The notes below the pieces were generated by a model, which was not told where the DNA came from, did no database searches, and saw nothing but the letters and a program-made list of their open reading frames with translations. A stretch of DNA of 64,000 nucleotides from assembly GCA_964247055.1 (NCBI GenBank), contig OZ176052.1:4340001-4404000 (forward strand), given 5' to 3'. Every line of letters begins with the position of its first letter. Positions within the stretch are counted from its first letter, which is position 1. Position numbers and translations under genes: made by a program. Source of the stretch: Paragordius varius (taxonomy: Eukaryota > Animalia > Nematomorpha). Of the stretch, positions 1 to 12,806 are shown one piece after another.

Positions 1-5
1 CTTAC

Positions 6-105
6 GGGGCCTGTGAGCCTCGTGTTGTAACTCCTTAGATGATATGTGAACATCTCTCATAAGTGGTAATCGTTCACTAGTTTCGTGCTTGCTTGATTCA
101 CTCAT
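6..105 (-). CDS. Probable coding exon (possibly first) of a gene continuing beyond the left window edge
   Basis: Minus strand ATG at 105 opens MSESSKHETSERLPLMRDVHISSKELQHEAHRP and ends at a C|GTAAG donor (5-1). No recognisable domain. Confidence 0.45.
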
Positions 106-2260
106 CACTAAGTTACCATATAACTATTTAACTAAATCCGGGGTATTTAACATATATGGCTAAGTGGGCTGCACTTGAAAAACATATTGGCATTTTTAAA
201 TATTTTATAAGATTTCAAACATAAGACTGTTATAATTCATTGCTAATTGAATGACTTATTCAAAAAAAATTGTTTTAGAAACATCAATTTTACTAAAATT
301 TTGTAAGCATATATTTGCAAATTATAGAACTTCATGTTTTTGAGCTCAAAAGACTCGGATGATTGCTTGTCGGATACCCTTGCTTTAAGAAACCAAATTT
401 TTTAGTTGGATATTTAAACTATTTAGATTTCTTCTTATATTTATAGCCATTAACCTAGGGCCTTAATTTTTTAATGCTACATTATCAAGTGGTCTATTTC
501 AAATACATAATTAAAAATATTTAAATTATTTAAAATTTGGGTTAACGAAAGTAAAAGTCATACAATAAAGAGGCTCAATAATTTACTACACTAAAACATG
601 GATAGAGATATATTAATAAATATTTATAAAGGAACAGATCCATTGTCTGGAACAAACCTAGCTAATTTTTAAGCGTTAGTTACATGTTTCTAGCACAATT
701 TATGCACAGTGTAATTGATTTAATAAAAACTTAAAGACCAAACCAAAAATAAATGGTCTTATTCCAAATTGGCATTGCATTTTTTCACTATACATGGTCA
801 ACTGGGCACTGCAATTTTAATCATATTAATTTCTTTTTATTTATTCATAATAATTATTATACGTTACTTTTATTACATATTATTATTCAAATACAAATTA
901 CAATACAAATTAAAACATTGGCTTTAATTTATTTTATTTGGGAATATTTAGTGTTTTTTGGTCATTTTTATTATCATAATTGAATCACGAAATGTTTTGA
1001 ATACAAAATAAGACATCCCCCAGGCACATGCTAAAATATTTTGTAGAAACAACAAATGTTAATTTTTTTCTTATGGGTTTAGAAAAAATGAATGTTAAAT
1101 TATTTTCAACATAATATATGCATTTTGACAAAACGTTAAAAATGAATTTTAACAAAACAAAATAACCAGTCCAGCACATCTCCTCCATTATGTACACAAA
1201 TTAAATATCTTATTATTATTATTATTAATATTGAATTACAGTTCATGTTTACATATAAATGATTAATGATATAGGCGGGGCATAATGCATTTTTATGTAC
1301 AAATGAAAGAAATGTAAAAACATAAATATGAACTTTAAAATTTTTTTGACGCAAATTCATTTATCAAGAATTACAGTATGAGTAACTATACATTACTAGA
1401 AAGTTATTAATTATTGCCAAATAGCATATATAACAAAGGGCAGGTTTGTTGGCTTACAGTTATTTTTTTCACTTTTTATTATTATTAGTTAATAAAACTC
1501 TCTTTTCTGCATTTTAATTAATAACTTTCTTGCAATATATACTTTATAAAAAATTTATGGTACAGTAGAGAAATATGTACTATGTCAGCAAATATAATTT
1601 TTTCGTTTGTAATATTACAATTTCTTACATAGAATAACGAGAGTTATTGTTGGCCTGTGATTTAATTTACAAGTGGTATGTTTGATTAAAATTAAATTAA
1701 AATTATTGCTAACATGATATTTCTTCTCCACAATCAATGAACATATCAATGCTAAAAAACAAAAAACTAAAACTTTTTAGTCAATTAATACCGTAATCGC
1801 CAATAATGGCTCTTTTTAGTGCAGTAAAATTTTTGGCTTGCTTATAGGTATATAGAATTTTAGTCAATTAAAAACCTTTTTCTTAAAACGATTAAAGTTG
1901 GATAATGCACAATTATGCATGTTTATTTCTAAAATATCGTAAATCTTTTTTCAATGGTATACGGATTTCATCAAGAGTCTTTTAATTAAAAGGCTATAAG
2001 CCCATAAAATAATTTTTGATAAATTATTGCGATTTTCAAAAATTTAATTACAAAACATCACGCAAAATGTGTCATGTTTAAAGGTATACAATGTGGACTA
2101 GTCAACAACATTAACTGTAATTCCCACTCATAACACGATACACCAAATTATTCTTCCACTCGAGTTTTCTCTAATATTTACGATCCTTTTAACGGTAAAC
2201 CTGAATTAATAATTATGATTCTATTTAAGAATTTTTTGTAAGAATTTTATAATTATGCGC

Positions 2261-2700
2261 CCTCTTTATCTAAATTTTGTTAAAAAACATTTTTCTCTGA
2301 AAATATACAACAAATGCCGATTTGTAATATATCATTCGAAAGATTAATGAAAACTCTATTAAATGCACACTAATATGTTTTACATCGATAATTAATATTG
2401 GAGATAGGTAGCGGTAAATCTGCGAAGCGAGAACGTTTTGTCAATAAATATATTTTTACTAATCGATGAAAGGCGCTCAAACTTTGTGCCGATAATGATT
2501 TTCTAAATAGCACATTTTTTGATTAATACATTTCATTATTGGTTCTAATCGTTCAAAACAGCCATTTTGAATTTATTATTTTTTTAAAAATTAACATTTC
2601 ATTAATATTTATTATTTTCTTTAAAAAGCCTATTTTAATTAAGAAATTTCAAATAGATATAAAGTTATGGGCATTCTTGATCTTATTAAACTGAAATTTA
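2261..2700 (+). repeat. Dispersed repeat, copy 1 (copy 2 at ~6141-6500)
   Basis: Shares blocks such as aatgcc.atttgtaatatatcatt.gaaag, atgttttacatcgata and gc.aagcgaga.cgtttt with ~6141-6500 in the same orientation. Ends approximate. Confidence 0.7.
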
Positions 2701-3752
2701 ATTTTTAAACTGAAAACACTAAATGATAAGTTGAATTCTTCGTCAATAGTAATAGTTTCATGTTTGTTAGCACTCATCAATACGAACCTATTTACAATTT
2801 TCAGTTAATTTCAATCTAATTTTCGTTTACCCTTATTTCACGGATTTATCAATTGTCTAAAATATTGTAGTTTCAACGTTGTACTGTCCATTTAACATTA
2901 TCATTCAATTAATTTGCACAGAATTATTCGGTAATCTTTTAGTGGGATTATATATTTCAAAGCAAGAAACAAAATAGAGCCCCGGGTCCTAGGGTTCAAC
3001 TATTGATCTGTGTTATTAAGATTCTTAATTTAACATGTCGGCATTATCATTGGAGCGTTTATCAGATTTGTGTATTGATTCGCAAAAGGAATTTGGCTGC
3101 TTGCCAGAGTTTATATTTGATAAATTCTAATTTAAAAATAAAAAAAACAAGTATATGTTAATAATTTTAATTTTTATAAATGATACTAACTATTTAACAG
3201 CAACACTAACAACTTATAAATTTTGAATACAATCAAAAACTATAGGAGTTCATGTTTACACTATCATTTATTAATAATAAAAAACGGAAAATCTTTGGCC
3301 CTCATCCCTATGAATGACCTATAAGAGCCCATACTTGTGTTAAAGCATGCCTTGTGGATTGAATATGTGTATTTATTAAATTCTAAAACAGGACAAAGTA
3401 AATGGCTCGCGGGCCGCATTTGAGATATTTATGGGCCTTGTTATATATATTTTACTAGAATTCAATCAATATATAATAATGTTTAGTTCTTTGCCGATTC
3501 GATGGACTTATTCAGAAAATATATTTTATAAATACCAATTAATGATTTTGTGAGCATATTTTATGGATATCTAAATTTTTCTTGAGCCGCACATAATAGA
3601 GAACCTCGGGTTGGACACTCTTGTTCTAAAACGGAAAGAATGTTGTCATAATATCCACCTTAATCCTTCTTTATCGAATTTCGAATTTTTATAGGCATAG
3701 TCACCATTAAACAGAATATATATATATTTATTAAAAGTATATTTGTTAAAAT

Positions 3753-6700
3753 TTATCTTTTGCATTGATATTTTTGAATTGCATTTATGTTGGATACATA
3801 ATTATTACATATCTTTTTCTTGAATGAGTTTGTATGAATAGGCGATGCATCTATGTATAAATAGCTAGGGCCCGGCTTGGATGAGTTAAAAATTTCCTAT
3901 ATAATAATAGAGAATAAGTAAGTAAAACTTTTCATATCAGTTAATTTGTAAATTTAACAAATAATATTAATACTATATAATTAATATAAGTAATATAAAA
4001 TCTGTAAAGTATACTGGATATATTTTTTTTAATTAAAAAGATAAAAATTATAGTAGATCATAACAGAAACAGATTTTAGCACCAAGTTAGAAACTTAAAT
4101 TATTTTATTGGATAAAATTAACATGGAAATCGTATTGATTGCACAAAAGGGTAGATTTTTAAAATGATAAATTATTAATATATATAATCGACCCAGAACC
4201 GAATTTCAAATTTGGATAAAAATATAAATACTAGAACATCCGGCGTTTTACAAATTGATTCAATTAGATTAGGACGTTCCAAAGGCGATGATATTCGCAA
4301 AATGCCATCCTTATAAGCTTGATGAAGTGGGGACTCAATTATCCTATCATTTTTTCTTTGTTTAATATTATCTTCATTATGCGACACTTTATTGTTATTA
4401 TTATTAAAATTATTAGTGTGATATAAATCATTCTTTTTTACATTCTTATCATTATACCGTATGTATCCAATATTATCCAAACTTTGTCCACTTGTTTGGG
4501 AAGAGGTGCTTAAAAGCGCATTTTCTTTTTGGTGACGTTTCATATATTCATTTAGAAATGTTTGTCGTTTGTTTAAATAACTATATTTATCAAAAAATAC
4601 AAACATTATAAAAATATTAAGGTGATACAAACGTACTAGAGCGGGAATGGTGGGGAAGGTTTTAATTTTAGTTAGCCTTAAAAATCATAAAGCGCCAAGA
4701 TTTTTTATGTATTTTAATAAGTTAAGTAAAACGGTGAACAGCACCGGGCGCTACATACACATGGTTGATGACATAAAAATGTCCTTTTGAACTAAAAGAA
4801 AAATTAACTTGATAAAAGTCGAAGACTTTTTGAGAGTGGGTTTTCTTTTGGATTTTACTACGATGCACCACCAAGATATAGTTGAAACGGCAAAACATAT
4901 TATTAGGACAGCAATACTTGAATACAAAACTAAATAATAATAAAAATTAAAATGATTATTCAAATCAAATATTGAATTAATCAAAAAATCGTCTATATGC
5001 AATAAAATACAAAGCCGCCTATTTCAAAAAATAAATAAGAAAAATATTATTAATTAACTATTATTTTATCAGGAACCGACTTTGATATTGATATTTAATC
5101 GAAGAAACTTCTGATCGGGTCTAATAGAGTTCTAATACAACTTTTACATAATTAACCTAGGTCTAAATTTTTAATAACCAATGAAGTTCCGGTTGCGTCC
5201 ACGAAACATCATATTTTTATTCCTACCATTTTTGGTCTGTTTTGAATCCCTAATTAAAACATTTTCATATTTTAACCCTTTGCTATTGGAGTAGTGGATT
5301 AAATGACAACTAACATAATATAATATCAACATGAGTTTTGCAAAAATAGCCAATTTTCGCGGTAATACACAGAGATATATTTAAAAAAGATATATTGACA
5401 ATTACCTATTTCATTAATGTTACATCGACTTCCCCAATGTCCGAAATCGCATCTGACGAAAATAAAAAAGATTTAGAATCAACAAATAAATATATCTTAC
5501 AGCTAAAATTATAAAATTACTTGCAATATTTTCGTTCCTCATGGTCCTTCCAAAAACATTTACCATGGTTAAAGCAAAAATTATCGGGGCACCTTACTTA
5601 CATAAAACAAAATTAAAAAAGCAATGGGTAAAAATTTAAAACTCTATTTAGTTATAAAATTAATATTTTATATATTTTAAAAAACTAACATTGACAAAAT
5701 CTTCCTGGGTGTTTGATATCTACATCCTCATAGCCATGAAGACAAACGCATCTAAAAGCTTGTGGTTCGTTTGTCAAATAAGTTAATTCTGGTACGCATG
5801 TTGCATATATTGAGCACTTGGAACCAGTAGAATTAAAGGGCGAGCATGAATCCACTATCATTCATATCACAATTTTATTAGAAACAAAAATTGTTAAAAC
5901 AAAATTAGTAAATAATTTTAAAAGTCAAAGAATGGGCCATGTAATTATATTCTTTTGCTGGTTGAAAATAGTTAAAAATTAAATTGCGCTAAATTATTCA
6001 TATCCATAACATTAGACAACAAATTTTTCTTGCACTTAAGTTTTTTGATTTTTTCTGATATTAACTATCATTTTAATAATAAATCTGAAATAAAAAATAT
6101 GATTCCACCTAAAAATTTTGTATAATTTAATTTTTATGATTATGGGCCCTTTTTATCAAAATTTTACTAAAAAATGTATTTTTTGAAAATACAACGAATG
6201 CCTATTTGTAATATATCATTTGAAAGAGTAATGAAAAATGCATTATTATCTATGTTTTACATCGATAGTTATATTGGACATAGGATGCGCCCGCCAAGCG
6301 AGAGCGTTTTTGTTGATTAATATATTTTTAAAACGGGAATGAATGTCCAAAAAAGCAAGAAAGTTTTTTTGATTAAAAACTCATTTGCTTTTATGTCATT
6401 GAAAACAGTGATTTTTAATTTTTTGCTTTTACCATATCAATATTATTTTTTGACAAGGCTAATAATTTCAACGACTAGAAATATAGTTTAAGGTATTGTT
6501 CATCTTTTATAGCCATTATGTAATAAATTAAAGGTTATAATGTCATTTTGTGTCCACTAGCTAAAGTAATTATGATAATATTATTTTTTATTGAAAAAGC
6601 AAATTAAAAGCTTTTTCAATGATTTTTTTAAATTTTATACTAATGTAAACCCAATAATTATATTAAAATAATTTATTTTGTGTTTGTCTGTGATTTTTTT

Positions 6701-9700
6701 TGACTTATTTAAGGGTTAAAAATTTAGTACTATAAAGCCAAATAACTTTTACATCAGATTGATTTAAATGAGAAACTACCATTCAAAAGATTCAGTTTTT
6801 TGTGCTCTTTATGTTAAAAAACATGGCTCTATGTCTAAAACTTTTAATTTTGAAATTATCGAGTTTAATGTTATATCGGGGCCAAAAATCCATATACCCT
6901 AATAAATTTCGAGTTTAATGTTAAATCGGAGCCAAAAATTTTCGATATACCCTAATATTAAAAAATCTTAGGTGTTAGACAAAAGTTTTTCAGATATACT
7001 ATTTATGTAAAAAATTTTAAATTTACAATGGCACATGAAAAAGTCAAAATTTGTTGTCTAGTGTAATAATACTTTAATTAAATATAAAATTATAAAATAA
7101 ATACGACAATGAATCTTTAAAGAAATAGAGGCTAATATTCGCTATAAGCATCAATGAGCCAAAAATATATTATTAGACTTGTATCTTGAACTCATATTAA
7201 AAAAATAATTAAATATGAAAGAGCTTATACAATGTCATTTAACTGGTATCATTGAAAAAAATAAACTAGTTAAAGGATCGCCACAGAAAAATGGTTTATA
7301 AGTTGTTGCATCAAAAAAGCATTTAAACTCACCATTATAAATTGGTTGAATATCAGCTCGAGACCATTTTAATGATTGGAACAAAGGCGTCTCCTGGGCT
7401 TTTACCGATATATTTTGCATGGCTTTTTGAATATATGGAATCGTAATAAGCGATGACCTTTCGCTCCCTTTATCAATGATGAATTGTGTTTCTGCTACGA
7501 TACTACCCGGCAAAAATCTTAGAATAAAGATATCAATGATGGAATCACTGAGTAAAGGATTTTGCGACACTACGTACCAAAACTACAAAAATACAGTAAA
7601 ATTGAATGTATACAAACAAAACGTAACAACTAAAAGACAAATATAAACCTCGTTTTGGGTTGCTAAAAAGTTGATAAAATTCGATTATATTTTTAAAAAT
7701 TCTAATTATAATTGTTCATATTCAAAAATTTATAAAAGAGTATGGCTGTTATTATGAGAAATGTGTTTATCTTTTAGTTTTAACGATTTGTTTTTATATT
7801 TTTATTTTTATTGTAAGTTAAAAATAAAATATATTTTAGATAACATAAAATATTTAAACTGCTTATACGTCAGAGAGTTCTGCAATATTTGTTTGTATTT
7901 TATGGTGCATGGCCCTTGAGATAAAAAAAATAATTTATGCGGTCTTCAATTTTTTTAATGAGTACCACTGTATTAAATTATTTGATGTACTTATTTGGAG
8001 TATAAATATCTGCAAATTTGTCAAATAGATATGAAATTTTAATTTGTGGTCCACGGTCCTTGAGACAATATTATTTTTGCGGTCTTTTAATTTTTTTGGG
8101 ACTTCCACTGCAATAGTGTGATTAGGTTTATACGAATCGTTAATAAATTAATTAATTGAATGACAACTATAACCCCTCTTACTCCGAGGAAAGAAACAAA
8201 ATATCAAAAAAAGCCTTTCAGGCTAGTGAAGCTTATATAGATCTATTAATGTTTATATATAAAAATCGGTATTTACCGCTCTTAGAAGGCTATTTTGTAA
8301 TTGTTGAAAGGCAAAACTTTGGGCATTATCCAATCCTCGAACATACACCAGCAACAGATGTATTCGCACCGTGATAATTGAAGTGTCGCCTAAAATATAT
8401 AAGGACATTAATTATGTCACTTAAATATTTTATAATATTAATATACGAAAGGTAGAGCACATAAATATAAAATTATGTCTGTTTTGACAAGTTTCGAAGG
8501 AATGGTTAAAAAGGTATTTAATATTATAGACATAGAGTGTAAACAAAAATTATTTTCATAAAATATATATTTTTGAGAAAAATATCATGATTCTCATGGT
8601 ACCTTATTAAAACCCCACATAAGCACGTTTTCATAAAAAAACGCAAAAATACGGAGATTGCAGGATGAAAATTTTAAATATATCCTAAATTATGAATTAA
8701 ATTATATAAATGGATATCTTGCTGAAAAATTTCTTATATTTTTTTTTGAAGCGAGTTTTATTGTATTTTGAAGTATAATCTTTAAAATATTAAAAAAACA
8801 ATATTTCTTTATAATTGATGATGCTTATTAATTTAATCCCCTTAATTTATTAATTAAAAGATTTGTGCTTCTTTAATTTAAGTTAAATATTTTTTTCACA
8901 AAAAAACATTTAAAATTTAAATCAAACAATTATTAAAAATTGGAGGTGATAGATCAGCAATCGAATTTTATAGAACATTTTTTTATAAATGTGTTGTGAT
9001 ACCGTTCCCACCATGCTAAATACCAAACTCGCTTCAAAAATACTATATTTAAGCAAATTATTCATTTTAATAATTTTTTGATGTGATAATTTAGCAATTC
9101 AAACTTATCGCAAAATCTTTGGCATTTTGAATTTCTTTTAACAAAGCTTGCTTATACGGGTGAAAGTTTTAAAATTCAATTCCATATGTAAAAATTTAAA
9201 TTTAATATAAATATTGCCTTTAATAAAGTTTATGATATATTTTAGTGATATTATTTGAAATGAAGCATTTAGCTTTTATTAAAAAAAATATTTAGGGGAA
9301 TATTTCCAAGTTTTACGATTTATAGGAAATAGTTATAACAAATGTGGCAAGAACTTCCTTAAATCATTGTAAGGCTCAAAACCAAAAGCACCATGAGATG
9401 ATACATTTTTTAGCAGATCTATCTATATTCAGGATATTTTTTATACCCCCAATTTTATGCAATGTGTATAATATAAAATATTAACCTTATTTAATAGGAA
9501 TACCATTTACAGTCAAATTCACCCTTAAACAATTCAAATTCACCCTCGAACAATTCAAATTCACTCTCGAACAATTTAAATTCCCGAAAAAATATGTTTT
9601 TTAAAATTTAAAATTACCTATATTATATTTTAAATAAAATTACATTTATAATTAATATAATACTGAAAAATAATAAACTAAGCCATAAATATATATTTCT

Positions 9701-12700
9701 CATTAATAATGATTTTATTATTAGGGTGAATTTGAATTGTTCAAGGGTAAATTTGATTTGCAAATGGTATATATAAATTTAAATATATACTGCATATTTT
9801 TTTCGTAAAAACCACATTTCAATCAGAGACAACATATTTTTCATTCATAGATGTTGCGGTTAAACGAAAAAAATTGCGTTTGGTTGAAAAATGTTCGAAA
9901 TTGAATTAACTGATTGTTTTAAACTGAAAAGTATAAATAGAGATGTAAATAGGTAACATAATCAATTATGTATATTACGATTGTATTTAAATGATTGGAT
10001 AAATTTAGGTTTGAAAAGGTATGGTTCTCCTTTGAAAATTTGTCTCTATATTTTTATTTTTTATCCGTAATTTACTGTAAAACTGTTGTTGTGTATAAAT
10101 ACATATTTTAATATTTATCAACAATGTAAATATAGTTAATACTATAGTTTTTAGGGTTAACTTCTTAAATTTTAATTTATTTTATAAATTTATAATTAAT
10201 TCATTCAACGATAAAAAACTTTGGCATTGTTGAGTCATAGCATTTCGTATTGTGTTTGGGGGGCATTGACATCTATATCGAAGGCCCAAAGGATCTGTCA
10301 AATCGACGGCACATATCTCATCAGCTGCACATTGAACGCTAATGTTAATAGCTGGATTGCATGGTAAAGTTGTTCCTTAGAAATAATTTAGATAATATAT
10401 AAAATAAAACTTTAACGTAATTCCCTTTAAACAGGGGTACAAAATATAATAGCACCATTTCATTTTGTTTAAATAAACTTGAGACCGTAAGATTATATTG
10501 GGTTAATAATTTAAGAGATTAGAACAATTAATTGTTTTATTGAGATCGTTCGTAACCCTTTTAGAGACATTTATGCGAATTCAATAATAAAAATTAATAA
10601 ATTATATTATTATTTATCAATAATTGGCAAGGTGATTATATTTGTATTATGAAACTTTCTTGAGCAATTTTATTAGTCAATATGCAAAACTTGATTCAAG
10701 TTGCATAAAGTAGTTCTTGCAAAAGGGAAAAATGTAAAATTACTTAAACACATGGTAGTTATGGCATCTCTGACATAGCCAGTATTGCATTGGCAGGAAG
10801 GATTGCCATTTATAATGATGCAGCGTTCGTTGGGAAAATTTGGGCAGCCTGTTTGGGTTAGGGGGTCACACTGTACGGAGCTTCGAACTTTAAGCATTAA
10901 AATAATACAAAAAATAAAATCTAACCTATGATCAAAAAATTAATATAATTAGGGTAAAAATATTTCCTCAAATTCTCATCTAATTTTTAAATCTAAGAAT
11001 ATGTTAGGTAATAAAAAATATTATTTTTAATTTGATTTATATACCATTTACAATTCAAGTTCACCCTTAAACAATTCAAATTCACCCTTGAACAATTCAA
11101 ATTCATCCTTAAACAATTCAAATTCACCTTCGAACAAGTCAAATTCACCCTCAAAAAATTATTAGTTTTTTAAGATTAAAAAATACCCATATTTTATATA
11201 TTATATAAAAAATAATTATGTTTTAATTAAAATAATACTTAAAAAATAATAAACTATACCATAAACATATATTTCATATTAATAATTAGTTATATTAGTT
11301 CGATAAGACATAATTTATTTTTAAGGTGAATTTGAATTGTTCAAGGGTGAATTTGAATTGTTCGAGGGTGAATTTGAATTGTTCAAGGGTGAATTTGAAC
11401 TGTAAATGGTATATTAAAAGTTGTTAGCGGTTTGATTTAGCATGGTCTAAAATTAACTACGCTTTATAGAAACATATTTTTATTTTCATTGATTTAAATC
11501 TCGTTTATACACGACATCAAAATTTTGAATACTAATGGCAAATTTACTGTCCTACTTTAACAATTTATAAAGATGAAACAAATGTACTGGCTGTGTTATA
11601 ATGCTAATTGTTAGTTCATTTACATCTAAATTTTAAAAATGGGTCTAATACTTAAAAAAATGCGCTCTTTTCAGTATTGAAAACTTACGCCGCAAATTAT
11701 ATACCTGCCTTTCAAACCAAAATTTATTTAAAAGAGTTTTTAACTAAATAAAAAGCCTTAGCAACGTCATGCCTTGTTCGAGTGATTACTTAAGCGTTTC
11801 CCCGTTCAATTAAACCTTAAAAAAATTACGTCCAGGTCATAAATAATTCTGTCGTTTTAAACTCAGCAAATTAATTTAATTTTATCAATGATAACATATG
11901 CTCTTTTGTCAAAATTGCAAAAAATCATCTATTAACGTAAAATCAGCCGTAATTTAATCACCAAATAAGTATAAATATAATTAATGTTAATGCATCTTAA
12001 GTTTTGTTTAAATAACATCTTTCGTCAATAAAATTTTCTTTATCATCTTTTAAAACCATGATTATTTTAGGTTAGCAATAATAATATCACCTTGGCATAT
12101 TCCATAAACCAAATCCCTTATAAATCCTGGCTTACATGTGCAAGCTGCTACGATTCCCCCAGTACTTATCTGACATATCTCTTGGTATCCACATCCTTCA
12201 TTAGTTATAACGTTACAGGTTGTTGCAACTTAAATAAAAAATGGTACTATGATTGTATATGCAGCAATAATATAATTAATTTTTTTAGCTTTCTATATCA
12301 ATCAAGTTTTTCACCTACCTACAACTATTCACTAATGAATGCTAAAATAAACAGGTTATAATTTTTATCCGATAAATAACTTACATTATCTGCCAATATT
12401 CAATGAAATAATAGCAATGTATAATTACTCATACTGCACTGTGCGGCAAAATGGAGAACAATCTTTACGATAATAAATATCGATATGATATATGCGGTAA
12501 TTTTCTGTTATTAGCCAAAATCAAAAAATCGCCTTTTATCACATATTAGGCCAAATAAGTAAATACAATAGATGAAAACGTGTCACTGAAATTTTGTTTT
12601 AATATAGCATAGGGATTCTAAATATCAACAAAGATTTTACATTTTTCTGAGACCCAGAAAGATTTTCAAGAATTTGAGCTAAAAAATCGCATTGGCGTCA

Positions 12701-12760
12701 AAGTTGACATAACTTGTTAATATGGGATTAAAGATTTTAACTTTAATTTGACCACTCATA

Positions 12761-12806
<46 letters not shown>

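Noticed and set aside
700-3200. Scattered short GC-richer segments as exons of another gene
   Set aside because: I could not assemble a phase-consistent chain or recognise any motif.
4792-4808. 17-nt GT...AG segment after the TM exon as an even shorter intron
   Set aside because: Three splice solutions keep frame here (donor at 4808 to 4580, read-through to a later donor, or a 17-nt intron plus mini-exon); no homology forces the 17-nt one.
5171-5353. ORF with a signal-peptide-like start as a separate gene
   Set aside because: It lies in the 5405-4930 intron of the EGF/SEA gene, starts at a non-ATG codon, and partly overlaps ggttcc-type repeat relics.
8156-8374. Plus-strand ORFs at 8156, 12092, 20334, 39279, 40606 and 44526, and minus-strand ORFs at 28855, 48098 and 62909
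   Set aside because: Antisense shadows of real exons on the opposite strand.
11044-11409. 21-bp repeats as a CRISPR array
   Set aside because: Units are contiguous with no unique spacers, are inverted on the two arms, and lie in a eukaryotic intron with TIR/TA hallmarks.
11320-11409. TTGAA-NNN-TTCAA as heat-shock elements
   Set aside because: HSEs need GAA-NN-TTC (2-nt spacer); the spacer here is 3 nt.
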